From Anthoceros angustus (taxonomy: Eukaryota > Plantae > Anthocerotophyta): 64,000 nucleotides of DNA. The stretch covers positions 1,178,001 through 1,242,000 of the forward strand of contig MU008166.1 of the NCBI GenBank assembly GCA_010909165.1. Direction: 5' to 3'. Of this stretch, positions 39,921-52,066 are shown one piece after another. The notes beneath the pieces were generated by a model, which saw nothing but the letters and a program-made list of their open reading frames with translations, was not told the origin of the DNA and searched no databases. Positions within the stretch are counted from its first letter, which is position 1; each line of letters opens with the position of its first letter. A program made the position numbers and the translations under genes.

Positions 39921-42900
39921 TCAAATATTCCTAGATGTATTGATTTCTCTATTGCTTAGGGACATGCTACTTGGAACAGGTGAGATACCCGACTGCTCGC
40001 TGCGCTTGTGAAACAGATCCAGAGGCAGTCCATCCTTGGCTGGCGGCCACAAACCCACATATCCTACCCTTGCTGGACTGTAGGAATGCTTCTCGTCACC
40101 CACTAAAAAACTATGCACCAGTCCATCCTTGTCTGTCCACCAGCTCTGCCCTGGCAGCTTCCATGCCCTGATCCTTTTCCGTCCGGCCTGCATCTTCTCA
40201 GCACGGTCAAACATCTGGGCACCGGTGTATATGTTTGACATCAACACATATGCTGCAGCATCTTTCCTGTCTAGCTTGACTGCTTCATTGAAAGCATAGA
40301 GTCCCACCTCCACGCTGCTCCACATTCGACAGGCACCCAACAAAGTGCGCCAAACCGCAGCATTAGGCAGTACAGGCATTGTCCTTACCAGACCTAGAGC
40401 CTCGTCGAGTTCTCCTGCACGACCCAGGAGATCCACCATGCAGACGTAATGGTTCTCTGTGGGAGTGATGCCATGGTGTCTACTCATAGCGTCAAAGTAC
40501 TCCCGCCCCTTGCTCACCAGACCCGCATGACTGCATACTGTTAATACACTGAGGAATGTGATCCCATCTGGCAACATGCCAACCTCTAGCATTCTTTGCA
40601 CCAAGTCAAAGACCAACTCACTGTCTCCTTGACAAGTGTAGCCTGTAATCAATGCATTCCAGATGACGACGTCTCTTTCTTGCAACATATCAAACACCTG
40701 CTGTGCTTCGGCCGTGCTGCCGGACTTTCCATACATGTTAATCAAACTGACTGCTATAAACATATCATCTTGGAGCCCTTGTTCTAGAACCTGTGCGTGT
40801 AGCTGCCTTCCTAGACACAGAGCTGCTACATTTGCACATGCCTGAAGGAGGCACACGAAAGTCACGGCATCTGGTACAGATATGCCTTCTTCTTGCATAG
40901 CACTATAGAGACCAACGGCTTCCTGCCCCATGCCCTGCTGGGAATACCCTGCTATCATGGCATTCCACGTCACAACAGTCTTTTGACCAAGTCCGTCAAA
41001 CACTCTTCGAGCGTCCTTCAAACTGCCACACTTGGCATACATGTTAACCAGACTGTTGGCTACAGACACATCAGCTTCATGTGCTCGTTCTTTAATTTGT
41101 GCATGCAGCTGCTTCCCCTTCTCCAATGCCTGTGTGCCCAGGCTTGCACAAGCCTGCAAGAGGCACATGAATGTGGCAGACTCTGGAACAGCCATGGCTT
41201 CTTCTTCCATAGCACTGTAGAGACGAAGGGCTTCCCGCCCCATACTCCGCTGGGAATACCCTGCTATCATGGCATTCCATGTCACCACAGTCTTTTGACC
41301 AAGCCTGTCAAATACTCTCCGAGCGTCCTCCAAGCTGCCACACTTTGCATACATGTTGACCAAACTGCTGGCTACAAATACATTAGCCTCCTGTCCTAGT
41401 TCTTGGATCTGCATATGAAGCTCCTTTCCCATCTCCAATGCTGTAGTTCCTTCACGTGCACACGCCTGTAGAAGGCACACAAATGTCACGAAATCCGGTA
41501 CAGCCATGCACTCCTCTTGCATAGCACTGTAGAGATGAAGTGCTTCCTGCCCCATACCCTCCTGCGAATACCCTGCTATCATGGCATTCCAGGTCATGAC
41601 GTTTTTTTGACAAAGCCCATGAAACACACTCTGAGCATCCTTCAGGCTGCCACACTTTGCATACATCTTCACCAAACTGCTGGCTACAGACACATCAGCT
41701 TCATGTCCTCCTTCTCTGATATGTGAATGTAGCTGAATCCCAGTCTCCAACGCTGCAGGGCCCACGACTGCACATGCCTGCAAGAGGAACAAAAATGTCA
41801 CAGGCTCAGGTACAGCCTGGCGTTCTTCTTGCATAGCTCTGTAGAGATGGATGGCTTCCTGCCCCATGCCTTTCTGGGCATACCCTGCAATCATGGCAGT
41901 CCACGTCACTACATTTTTTTCAACAAGTCCATCAAATACTCTGTGGGCATCCTGTAAGCTGCCACACTTTGCATACATGGTTACCAAACTGCTCGCTACA
42001 AACAGATCAGCTTCATGTCCTTGTTTTCGTATCTGCATATGAAGCTCCTTCCCCTTCTCCAACACCACGGTGCCAACACAGGCACATGCCTGCAGGAGGG
42101 ACACGAATGTCATGGGCTCGGTGACAGCCATGCCTTCTTCCTGCATAGCACTGTACAGACGAAGAGCTTCCTGCCCCAGACCCTGCTGGGAATACCCTGC
42201 TATCATCGCAGTCCAAGTTACTACATTTTTTTGACCAAGCCCATCAAACACTCTCTGAGCATCAGCCAAGCTGCCACACTTTGCATACATGTTCACCAGA
42301 CTGCTGCTTACAAACACATCCCCTTCATATCCTTGTTCTTTGATATGTATATGAAGCTCCTTCCCCTTTTCCAACGCCAATGTGCCAACACTTGCACATG
42401 CCTGCAGCAGGCACACAAATGTCACAGGCTCCACTGAAACGATTCCTTCTTCTTGCATCGCACTGTAAAGATGAAGGGCTTCCTGCCCCATACCCTGCTG
42501 GGAATACCCTGCTATCATCGTAGTCCACGTCACTACATTTTTTTCAACAAGTCCATCAAATACTCTGTGGGCATCCTGTAAGCTGCCACACTTTGCATAC
42601 ATGGTTACCAAACTGCTCGCTACAAACAGATCAGCTTCATGTCCTTGTTTTCGTATCTGCATATGAAGCTCCTTCCCCTTCTCCAACACCACGGTGCCAA
42701 CACAGGCACATGCCTGCAGGAGGGACACGAATGTCATGGGCTCGGTGACAGCCATGCCTTCTTCCTGCATAGCACTGTACAGACGAAGAGCTTCCTGCCC
42801 CAGACCCTGCTGGGAATACCCTGCTATCATCGCAGTCCAAGTTACTACATTTTTTGACCAAGCCCATCAAACACTCTCTGAGCATCAAGCTGCCACACTT

Positions 42901-45192
42901 TGCATACATGTTCACCAGACTGCTGCTTACAAACACATCCCCTTCATATCCTTGTTCTTTGATATGTATATGAAGCTCCTTCCCCTTTTCCAACGCCAAT
43001 GTGCCAACACTTGCACATGCCTGCAGCAGGCACACAAATGTCACAGGCTCCACTGAAACGATTCCTTCTTCTTGCATCGCACTGTAAAGATGAAGGGCTT
43101 CCTGCCCCATACCCTGCTGGGAATACCCTGCTATCATCGTAGTCCACGTTACCAAATTTTTCTGACCAAGTCCGTTAAACACTCTCTGAGCGTCCTTCAA
43201 GCTGCCACACTTTGCATACATGTTAATCAAACTGCTGGCTACAAAGACATCACCTTCATGTCCTTCCTGACTGATCTGCATATGAAGCTGCATTCCCCTC
43301 TCCAGTGCAGGGGAGCCCAGACTTGCACAGGCCTGCAAGAGGCACACAAATGTCACACAATCAGGCACAGCCATGCCTTCCTCAAGCATAGCACTGTAGA
43401 GGCTCAGGGCCTCCTGCCCCATTCCCTGCTGGGAATACCCTGATATCATGGCATTCCATGTGACCAAGTTTCTTTGACCAATCCCATCAAACACTCTGTG
43501 GGCGTCCTCCAACCTGCCACACTTGGCATACATGCTCACCAAACTGTTGGCAACAAGCACATCCGCTTCATGGCCTCGTTCTATGATCTGCATATGAATC
43601 TGCTTCCCCATCCCCAACGCTGCAATTCCCACACTTGAACATGCCTGCAAGAGGCACACGAACGTGACAGGATCCGGCACAGCCATGGCCTGTTCTTGCA
43701 TAGCACTGTACAAACGAAGCGCTTCCTGGCCCAAGCCCTGCTGGGAGTATCCTGCTATCATGACATTCCACGTCACCACATCTTTCTCACTAAGCCCGTC
43801 AAACACTCGGTGAGCATCCTCCAAGCTGCCACACTTTGCATACATGTTCACCAAACTGTTAGCTACGAACACATCAGCTTCATGGCCTCGCTCTGTGATG
43901 TGCCTATGTAGCTGCTTCCCCTCCTCCAACGCCACCGCACCCACACTGGCGCAGGCCTGCAGAAGGCACACATATGTCACGGCATCGGGTACAGCCATGC
44001 CTTCTTCCAACATTGCATTGTACAGAAAAAGAGCTTCTCGCCCCATGCCCTGCTGGGAATACCCGCCTATTATGGCGTTCCACACCACCACATTCTTTTT
44101 CCCAATTCCATCGAACACCCTCCGAGCGTCATCTATGCTGCCGCTCTTTGCATACATGTCCACCAAGGAGCTAGAAACGCATAAATTAGCCTCAGCTCCA
44201 CTGGTCAGCACATCAGCATGCACCTGCTGCCCAGAACTCAAGTCCAATCCTCTCCCACAAGCCTGGAGTGCTGCCACAAACACATGTCCATCTGGCTTCA
44301 CACCAGACCTCCGCATCCGATGATACAGTTCTATGGCCTTCTTGTATTGTCCCTGTTTAACATGAGCAGAAATGATGGCACACCACGTGAAGGCATGCGG
44401 GTTGGCAACTGCTTCAAACACATCCATGGCCTCCTGCAGCCTGCCATGAGATGCATACATTCGCAGGATGTGGAAAGCCAGGAACGTGTCAGACTGGTAC
44501 CCCTTCTTCACCATGAGACCATGCACGCGGCTACCCAGAAGAAGATCCTTATTCCCCATGCATTTCTTCAGGACTGCGTAGAAGAGAGACCCAAAAACAC
44601 CACGCTCTGTCCGCACCAGAACCTCCAAAGCCTCAACGGCCTCGGCCAGATGGCCCTCCCGACATAGCCTGCTCACTGTTTCAGCTGTCACGTCCCTATC
44701 TTCAACTGCAGGCCCGCGGGTGACAGGATTTTCCATTTCCAGTGACCTGCTCCTGGAGGCAAAACGACCCAAAACCATCCCCCCATCCAGAGCAGCAAGC
44801 TTGGCTTCCACCCAAGCGGGCTTGTAGAAATTGTTTAACCACAGGACCTCCTGAGACTGGCTGTGCCGGAAATCAGGCGAAAGGAAACTCTTCTTTCTTT
44901 GCCTGGAATCCCACCAAAGTGCAGGGTTCCGAAAAAACTGTCGCCACAACTCCTCCTGGCTACGACCCACTCTAGACGATCCCCCTCCATCCAGACCTGC
45001 TCCAGGACAGCTTGGCTGCGGTACACCATCGCGGCGACTGCCGAGTTGGTTGTGGTCCAACACTTGGTTCTGCGACCGGAAGCTACTCCTTCTATAGTAC
45101 CGATTACCCCACCACCAAGCGCTGGCAGGAGCGAGCGCCGAGCCATTGTCGCACAGTGCGCTCCTTGTGCTTGTCCAGGAGGAGCAGCTCAT
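39921..45192 (-). CDS. Very large intronless PLS-class PPR protein (~1758 aa if the frameshift is repaired): transit-like N-terminus, OSB-type PDF motif, ~41 P/L/S motifs, E1-E2, WW-type PG box and no deaminase core
   Basis: ORFs 42637-45192 and 39921-42830 join across 5 missing bases at ~42850-42888 (4 bp + 1 bp relative to the twin 624-bp unit). There are 13 S motifs (..GSL.DA..VF), P2-L2-S2, E1 (AAVWRTLLGAC), E2 (AAAYVLMSNIY) and PGQSWWTD...HSFLVGDEKH. Confidence 0.92.
41898..43140. repeat. Near-exact internal 624-bp duplication (two PLS triplets) in the PPR gene
   Basis: gtccacgt recurs at 41899, 42523 and 43142; the copies appear identical except for the 5 missing bases. Confidence 0.93.
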
Positions 45193-45734
45193 TCAACAGG
45201 GTTGCTTTGCCGAAACTGTCAGGTCTAGCGCAGCTTCTTCCTCCTCTTCTTCATTCCTGGACCTGGAGCCTAGCCTGTGGGTTCACAATAATTCCCAGCT
45301 AAACCTGGGAAGGGCCTTGTGCTGAGGCCGATCGTTTTTCTGGTAACCCGATTCTTGCCGCCTTATTTGATGAATGCAATGTGGTTCTGGAGTGTGGGCA
45401 ATGGCTCATCTTAACTTTTGAAGTCTGACCTGTTGGCACTGATTCCGTTAATTTTCCCCGTTTGCTCTGCAGAATGGCTGGCTTACCAGTTTGCTCTTGC
45501 CCTTACTCTTGAAAGTCTGCTCTCTCACATCACACACTCAGCTAACAACCGCGGTGCTGAATCAACTAGACTCCCGATCGATTCACCTGCTAACATTCGA
45601 CGACAGCGCAGACTCCTAGATCAAACAAATTGTTCCATCCGGGCTCGCTGCCACTCAAAATGGTTTCGGGTGTTTTAGATCTAAGCCCTAAACTCTCAAG
45701 CTTAAGGCTAAAATTCTAGATCTTAATTAACAGT

Positions 45735-45979
45735 ATTGGAGCCGACTCAGCCCTTATTCTCGGGCAAAGGTAAAGGTGGGGAGTTTTAGTGGGTGAGGAA
45801 GTTTTTCCAAGTCTCATATAACTTGCGATGGTATTTAGGCACGTATTCAGATGACCTTGGGAAGAGTATAGTCTCTTCCTGTTAGGATGATACGATGTGT
45901 AACATAGGGAATCAGAACCTTGCTGAAGATTTCTCCCCCGGGGTTGTTTTGATTTATTTTCAAAATACAAAATTAAAAA
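45735..45979 (+). mobile_element. 245-bp SINE or 5'-truncated LINE insertion with A-rich tail and 10-bp TSD
   Basis: Flanked by aattaacagt (45725-45734) and aattagcagt (45980-45989); absent from the paralogous site at ~19725-19735; ends caaaatacaaaattaaaaa. Confidence 0.8.
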
Positions 45980-46276
45980 AATTAGCAGTCTATTCCAAAA
46001 ACCTTAAACTCTATATTTGACACTATCAACCTATTCAAAAATTCTGGAGGTTAATTATGGTCCCCAAAACTTCCTCTAGCTTCTTCCTTCCCAAGCTTTT
46101 TGAGTGGAGGCAAACCTGTGATGTCTGAATTTTCACAATGAGACAGATCAATGAAAAGCGGTATTTGCAATAGAAAAATCAATGAAAAGTAGCATTTGCC
46201 ACAGCGCCAGATGAGATAAATCGGTAAAAAGTGGTATTTGCCATAGTACCATCCCTTGGTCAAACTATGTGCCAAC

Positions 46277-49200
46277 AATCTTTTACCTCGGCATGTTATA
46301 CATTCAAAGCTCTTGTTCTGCCTCCAGCTTCATCGTAGGAAACTCCACTTTTCTTCCACCTTTAGGATCATACATGAGATTCACGTCCCAATCTCTCATA
46401 TTTTCTCTCGATTCTCCTCATTGCATTTCTTCTCGTGGCTCTTCACTAGGAACGCAAACTCCATCTCTTTTCACTTCTTCTTATTGCACTTCATAGGGAA
46501 GTGGGACTTGAACTTCTTTCAAGTTCAAGTTTTGTAACTATCACTTGAGACTCTACTTTGATTTCCTTCCAGTCGTGCCTTCATCATTCTTATCGGAAAA
46601 CCATCAAGGACCAATGAAGCGAGCTCCTCAAAAATTTCATATTTGATTGTACTTATGCTTTGATAACTCATGATTGTTAGAAGCTACAAGTGTGTACCTT
46701 CATCATCCTCGTTTGGAAAACCTTCGAGCGCCATTGCCATGAGCTGCACCAATTTGCTCCATCGTGGATCGTGCTCAATTTGATTGTACATAAGCCCAAA
46801 TAGCTCATGATTCTTGGAAGCTAGTGGTTTCAATGCTTAAGCTCCTCCATCTTGCATATGATCCTTAGCGGTTAGTCCTTTCACGACTTCCTCTCTAGAA
46901 CCTCCATTTCCATCATCTTGCCAACCTTGACAATGAGTTCTTTTTGTGGTGCCCTTCTTCCTAGACGTGATCATAGCCTCTGGTGTTGCACTTTACAACA
47001 TTAAGATTTTTTGCAATCTAATCATATGCTTGCAAATAATCGTAGCTCTAAGAAAACGCATTCTAAACTATATCTATATACATTTACTCATGGTGATCCA
47101 TCATGCAATTGTATAGACATACATGATCATAGCCTCTTGGTGTTGCACTTTACAACATTAAAACTTCTTCCTTTCTATTCATACACTTGCAAAACATCAT
47201 GGTTCTAAACTATATCTTTATATATTTACTCATAGTGATCCATTATGCAATTAACACGATAATTTTGAAGGGGTTAATAATCTCGAAGGGGTTTTCCATA
47301 AATAATCTCGAAGGGGTTTTGATGGGCCCTAAAGCAGTTTTGAAGGCATTCGGAAAAGCGACTCGAAAAAAGGTGTCACCGGTAAAAGTTACTACTTTCC
47401 ATCCGGCAATGTTTGTGTCGAATGGTGGTATGGCTCGAACCTAGGGAATGATGCAAAGTAGGAGCGGTGAGGAAGGCCGTTCTGCGACAGTAACTCGATT
47501 TTGGGATGGAAATGTGGTTTTGTTATGACACCACAAAAGCCACAGACGGTATTTCCCTAACACGAAACATCGTAGGACTTACAACATTAAAACTTCTTCC
47601 TAGACGTGATCATAGCCTCTTGGTGTTGCACTTTACAACATTAAAACTTCTTCCTAGACGTGATCATAGCCTCTTGGTGTTGCACTTTACAACATTAAGA
47701 TTTTTGCAATCTAATCATATGCTTGCAAATAATCTCGAAGGGGTTTTGATGGGCCCTAAAGCAGTTTTGAAGGCATTCGGAAAAGCGGTATTTGCCATAG
47801 TACCATCCCTTGGTCAAACTATGTGCCAACAATCTTTTACCTCGGCATGTTATACATTCAAAGCTCTTGTTACGCCTCCGGCTTCATCGTGGATCGTGCT
47901 CAATTTGATTGTACATAAGCCCAAATAGCTCATGATTGTTAGAAGCTACAAGTGTGTACCTTCATCATTCTTATCGGAAAACCATCAAGGACCAATGAAA
48001 GCGGTATTTGCCATAGTACCATCCCTTGGTCAAACTATGTGCCAACAATCTTTTACCTCGGCATGTTATACATTCAAAGCTCTTGTTACGCCTCCGGCTT
48101 CATCGTGGATCGTGCTCAATTTGATTGTACATAAGCCCAAATAGCTCATGATTGTTAGAAGCTACAAGTGTGTACCTTCATCATTCTTATCGGAAAAGCG
48201 GTATTTGCCATAGTACCATCCCTTGGTCAAACTATGTGCCAACAATCTTTTACCTCGGCATGTTATACATTCAAAGCTCTTGTTACGCCTCCGGCTTCAT
48301 CGTGGATCGTGCTCAATTTGATTGTACATAAGCCCAAATAGCTCATGATTCTTGCCGCCTTATTTGATTGTACATAAGCCCAAATAGCTCATGATTGTTA
48401 GAAGCTACAAGTGTGTACCTTCATCATCCTCGTTTGGAAAACCTTGACAATGAGTTCTTTTGTGGTGCCCTTCTTCCTAGACGTGATCATAGCCTCTTGG
48501 TGTTGCACTTTACAACATTAAAACTTCTTCCTAGACGTGATCATAGCCTCTTGGTGTTGCACTTTACAACATTAAAACTTCTTCCTAGACGTGATCATAG
48601 CCTCTTGGTGTTGCACTTTACAACATTAAAACTTCTTCCTTTTCAGCATCACCTATGGACGCAAATCTTTTACCTCGGCATGTTATACATTCAAAGCTCT
48701 TGTTCTGCCTCCAGCTTCATCGTAGGAAACTCCACTTTTCTTCCACCTTTAGGATCATACATGAGATTCACGTCCCAATCTCTCATATTTTCTCTCAGTA
48801 CTTCCCTCTGTTGCATTTCTTCTCGTGGCTCTTCACTAGGAACGCAAACTCCATCTCTTTTCACTTCTTCTTATTGCACTTCATAGGGAAGTGGGACTTG
48901 AACTTCTTTCAAGTTCAAGTTTTGTAACTTTATCACTTCAGACTCTACGGCCTGATTTCCTTCCGAGTGCGTGCCTTCATCATTCTTATCTGGAAAACCA
49001 TCAAGGACCAATGAAACGAGCTCCTCAAAATTTCATATTTGATTGTACTTATGCTTTGATAACTCATGATTGTTAGAAGCTACAAGTGTGTACCTTCATC
49101 ATCCTCGTTTGGAAAACCTTCGAGCGCCATTGCCATGAGCTGCACCAATTTGCTCCATCGTGGATCGTGCTCAATTTGATTGTACATAAGCCCAAATAGC

Positions 49201-49996
49201 TCATGATTCTTGGAAGCTAGTGGTTTCGCAGCTGCTTCTTAAGCTCCTCCATCTTGCATATGATCCTTAGCGGTTAGTCCTTTCACGACTTCCTCTCTAG
49301 AACCTCCATTTCCATCATCTTGCCAACCTTGACAATGAGTTCTTTTTGTGGTGCCCTTCTTCCTAGACGTGATCATAGCCTCTGGTGTTGCACTTTACAA
49401 CATTAAGATTTTTTGCAATCTAATCATATGCTTGCAAATAATCGTAGCTCTAACGCATTCTAAACTATATCTATATACATTTACTCATGGTGATCCATCA
49501 TGCAATTGTATAGACATACATGATCATAGCCTCTTGGTGTTGCACTTTACAACATTAAAACTTCTTCCTTTCTATTCATACACTTGCAAAACATCATGGT
49601 TCTAAACTATATCTTTATATATTTACTCATAGTGATCCATTATGCAATTAACACGATAATTTTTGAAGGGGGTTAATAATCTCGAAGGGGTTTTCCATAA
49701 ATAATCTACGAAGGGGTTTTGATGGGCCCTAAAGCAGTTTTGAAGGCATTCGGAAAAGCGACTCGAAAAAAGGTGTCACCGGTAAAAGTTACTACTTTCC
49801 ATCCGGCAATGTTTGTGTCGAATGGTGGTATGGCTCGAACCTAGGGAATGATGCAAAGTAGGAGCGGTGAGGAAGGCCGTTCTGCGGGCGACAGTAAACT
49901 TCGATTTTGGGATGGAAATGTGGTTTTGTTATGACACCACAAAAGCCACAGACGGTATTTCCCTAACACGAAACATCGACGGACTTACAACATTAA
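46277..49996. repeat. ~1.3-kb duplication (46277-47592 / 48664-49996) separated by a mosaic of 54-bp and ~190-215-bp cyclic repeats
   Basis: Direct comparison; the mosaic pieces are copied from nearby sequence. Confidence 0.88.
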
Positions 49997-52066
49997 CTCG
50001 GGACCCGGGAAAAAGCAGATTTCGATTTCACTCATCCCGAGTTCAATCCATCGTCATCACTTGGTCCGCTTCTCCATTGTCATCACTATCTTGACACTTT
50101 GACTCGCGGGTTGTATGAAGCCACGCAACTCATGAGCTTATCCCTTATCGCTTTTTGTCCACCGCATCTGAGATGTTTCGTCGTTCAACACAAACCCATG
50201 TCTGGGATGTTTCATTCACAAATACCTCTGTATGTTTTTAGGTAATGGACCTTATTCCCTTTTTCCTCGGCATTGGACGGATGGGTTACCACTCTGGCGG
50301 ACTATGTATTCTGCACATATCTCCTTCATACGCATCTATGTGCTCGGTCCGATACGGTGGATAAGAAAGTGAGGTCGTGGTGCGTTTAGCTTCACGTCAA
50401 TGACCTCCCAATCCGAATGGCCTAGTATGCGTGTCCGTATTGCAGCGCGAAACATCCCTCTCGGTTCCGTTATGTCCCCATTCATCCGTGCCATTTCCAG
50501 TTGCCTTCCGCATTTTGATATGCCCCAAGTACATATCACGTGGGAGGTCCCTCAATAATGCCTCATCTAGCAAAGCTTCATCGGCACTTGAAGTGGTCAT
50601 CTTTGTATGATCCACTTCTGCGTGAAAACCACTTCCAAGGACGTAGCACTAGCCCAATGTTATTCTCCACAATGATAGCAATCTCCTTCCGGTCCACCCA
50701 AAAGGCTTCCCACCACTTGTACTCTTCAGTCCTATGGACGCAAATCTTTTAACCCTTCACGCAAATGGGCCACACCTTCCATCGGTGATAGGATACACCG
50801 TTCCTTCTTGTCCCCCTAGCTTCACCGTAGGATGGTGCTAAGGAGGCGCCGGCCGGCCGGCGCCCTCCCCTAGCACACTGCCCATGGGCGCCGGCCGGCG
50901 CCCTCCCCTAACACCACCATGGGCGCGGCCGGCGGCGCCCTCCCCTAACACCACCCATGGGCGCCGGCCGGCGCCCTCCCCTAACACACCATGGGCGGCC
51001 GGCGGCGCCCTCCCCTAGCACACTGCCCATGGGCGCCGGCGTCCTCCCTGCCCATGGGCGCCGGCCGCGCCCTCCCCTAACACCACCTTGGGCGCCGGCC
51101 GGCCGGCGCCTCCCCTAGCACACCCTGCCCATGGGCGCCGGCCGGCCCGGCCCTCCCCTAACACCCTGCCCACCCATGGGCGCCGGCCAGCGCCCCCCCT
51201 CCTCATAGGCTGTCTTCAAGAAAATATATTTAGCGCCTCAAGAGTTGCAACTTGGGATTGTTGGTCAAGTGTTTGGGAAATAAGTGTAGTAATGAATAGG
51301 TTGCGTGTTCAAAACCCGTATCTTCCTAACAACTCAATTTTGTTGATTTTAAGGATGCTTGCATGGGCGCATGGGCAACTAACTTTGTTCATTTTAAGGA
51401 CGTTGGCATTGCCTTAAAGCCCAAGTGGTTGCATTGAGTGCGGAAGGTTGAAGACCACGGTGGCGACCTTTTGGATGAGGGTCGGATGCTAGATCTTTGT
51501 GTGGCGATCGACTCGGGGCCAGGCCCAAGAATGGTACTATTGAAGGCGAGCAAGCAATGGAGGAGAACGACAACTTCGAGGCGGAGGATATGGACCGCCT
51601 CGAATATGGCGGTGGTACTTGACTCGGTTTGGCGCAAGGCATGGATGAGTCGTCGGGCCGCACTCTTGAATGACTATTGTCGATCTTGATGACCACTTCT
51701 TCCTTTAGCGATTGTTTTGTTGCAATGTTCTCACGACCATTGAAATAAGACTCCGCTAGTACAGGATTGTTTTCATTGTGTTCCACCACTTGAAAGTAAA
51801 AGTTTTCGGTTGTAATAAACATATGAAAATGGCAGCCCTCTATGCATTCTACAAAAACGCAGACGGGCCCACACCCTATTGTGCTCCAGTTCTCGGGTGT
51901 AGACTTGAAAGTGCGTCTTTTATCACAGGTAAGACCTCAGAAAGGGTGTGTGCATTATCAAAGTAGGGCGCATATGCTGTTCTAGGAAAGGTGTTCTTCG
52001 TGACAAGGGGGTGCTGTCTCGGCCGAAGGGGGTCAGTATATCCCCCCCTTCAAAAATTATCGTGTT
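49650..52066. mobile_element. 2.4-kb non-autonomous DNA transposon with 23-bp TIRs and AATT TSD (Sola1-like?)
   Basis: TIR aacacgataatttttgaaggggg at 49650 and its reverse complement ending at 52066; aatt on both sides. The empty site tatgcaattgtatagac is seen (reverse strand) at ~18357-18373. Confidence 0.85.
50845..51200. repeat. GC-rich ~35-bp minisatellite (ccatgggcgccggccggcgccctcccctaacac), about 10 units
   Basis: Direct reading. Confidence 0.92.

Noticed and set aside
47576-48670. CRISPR-like or regularly spaced repeat array
   Set aside because: There are no unique spacers and no cas genes, the context is eukaryotic, and the units are copies of neighbouring DNA.
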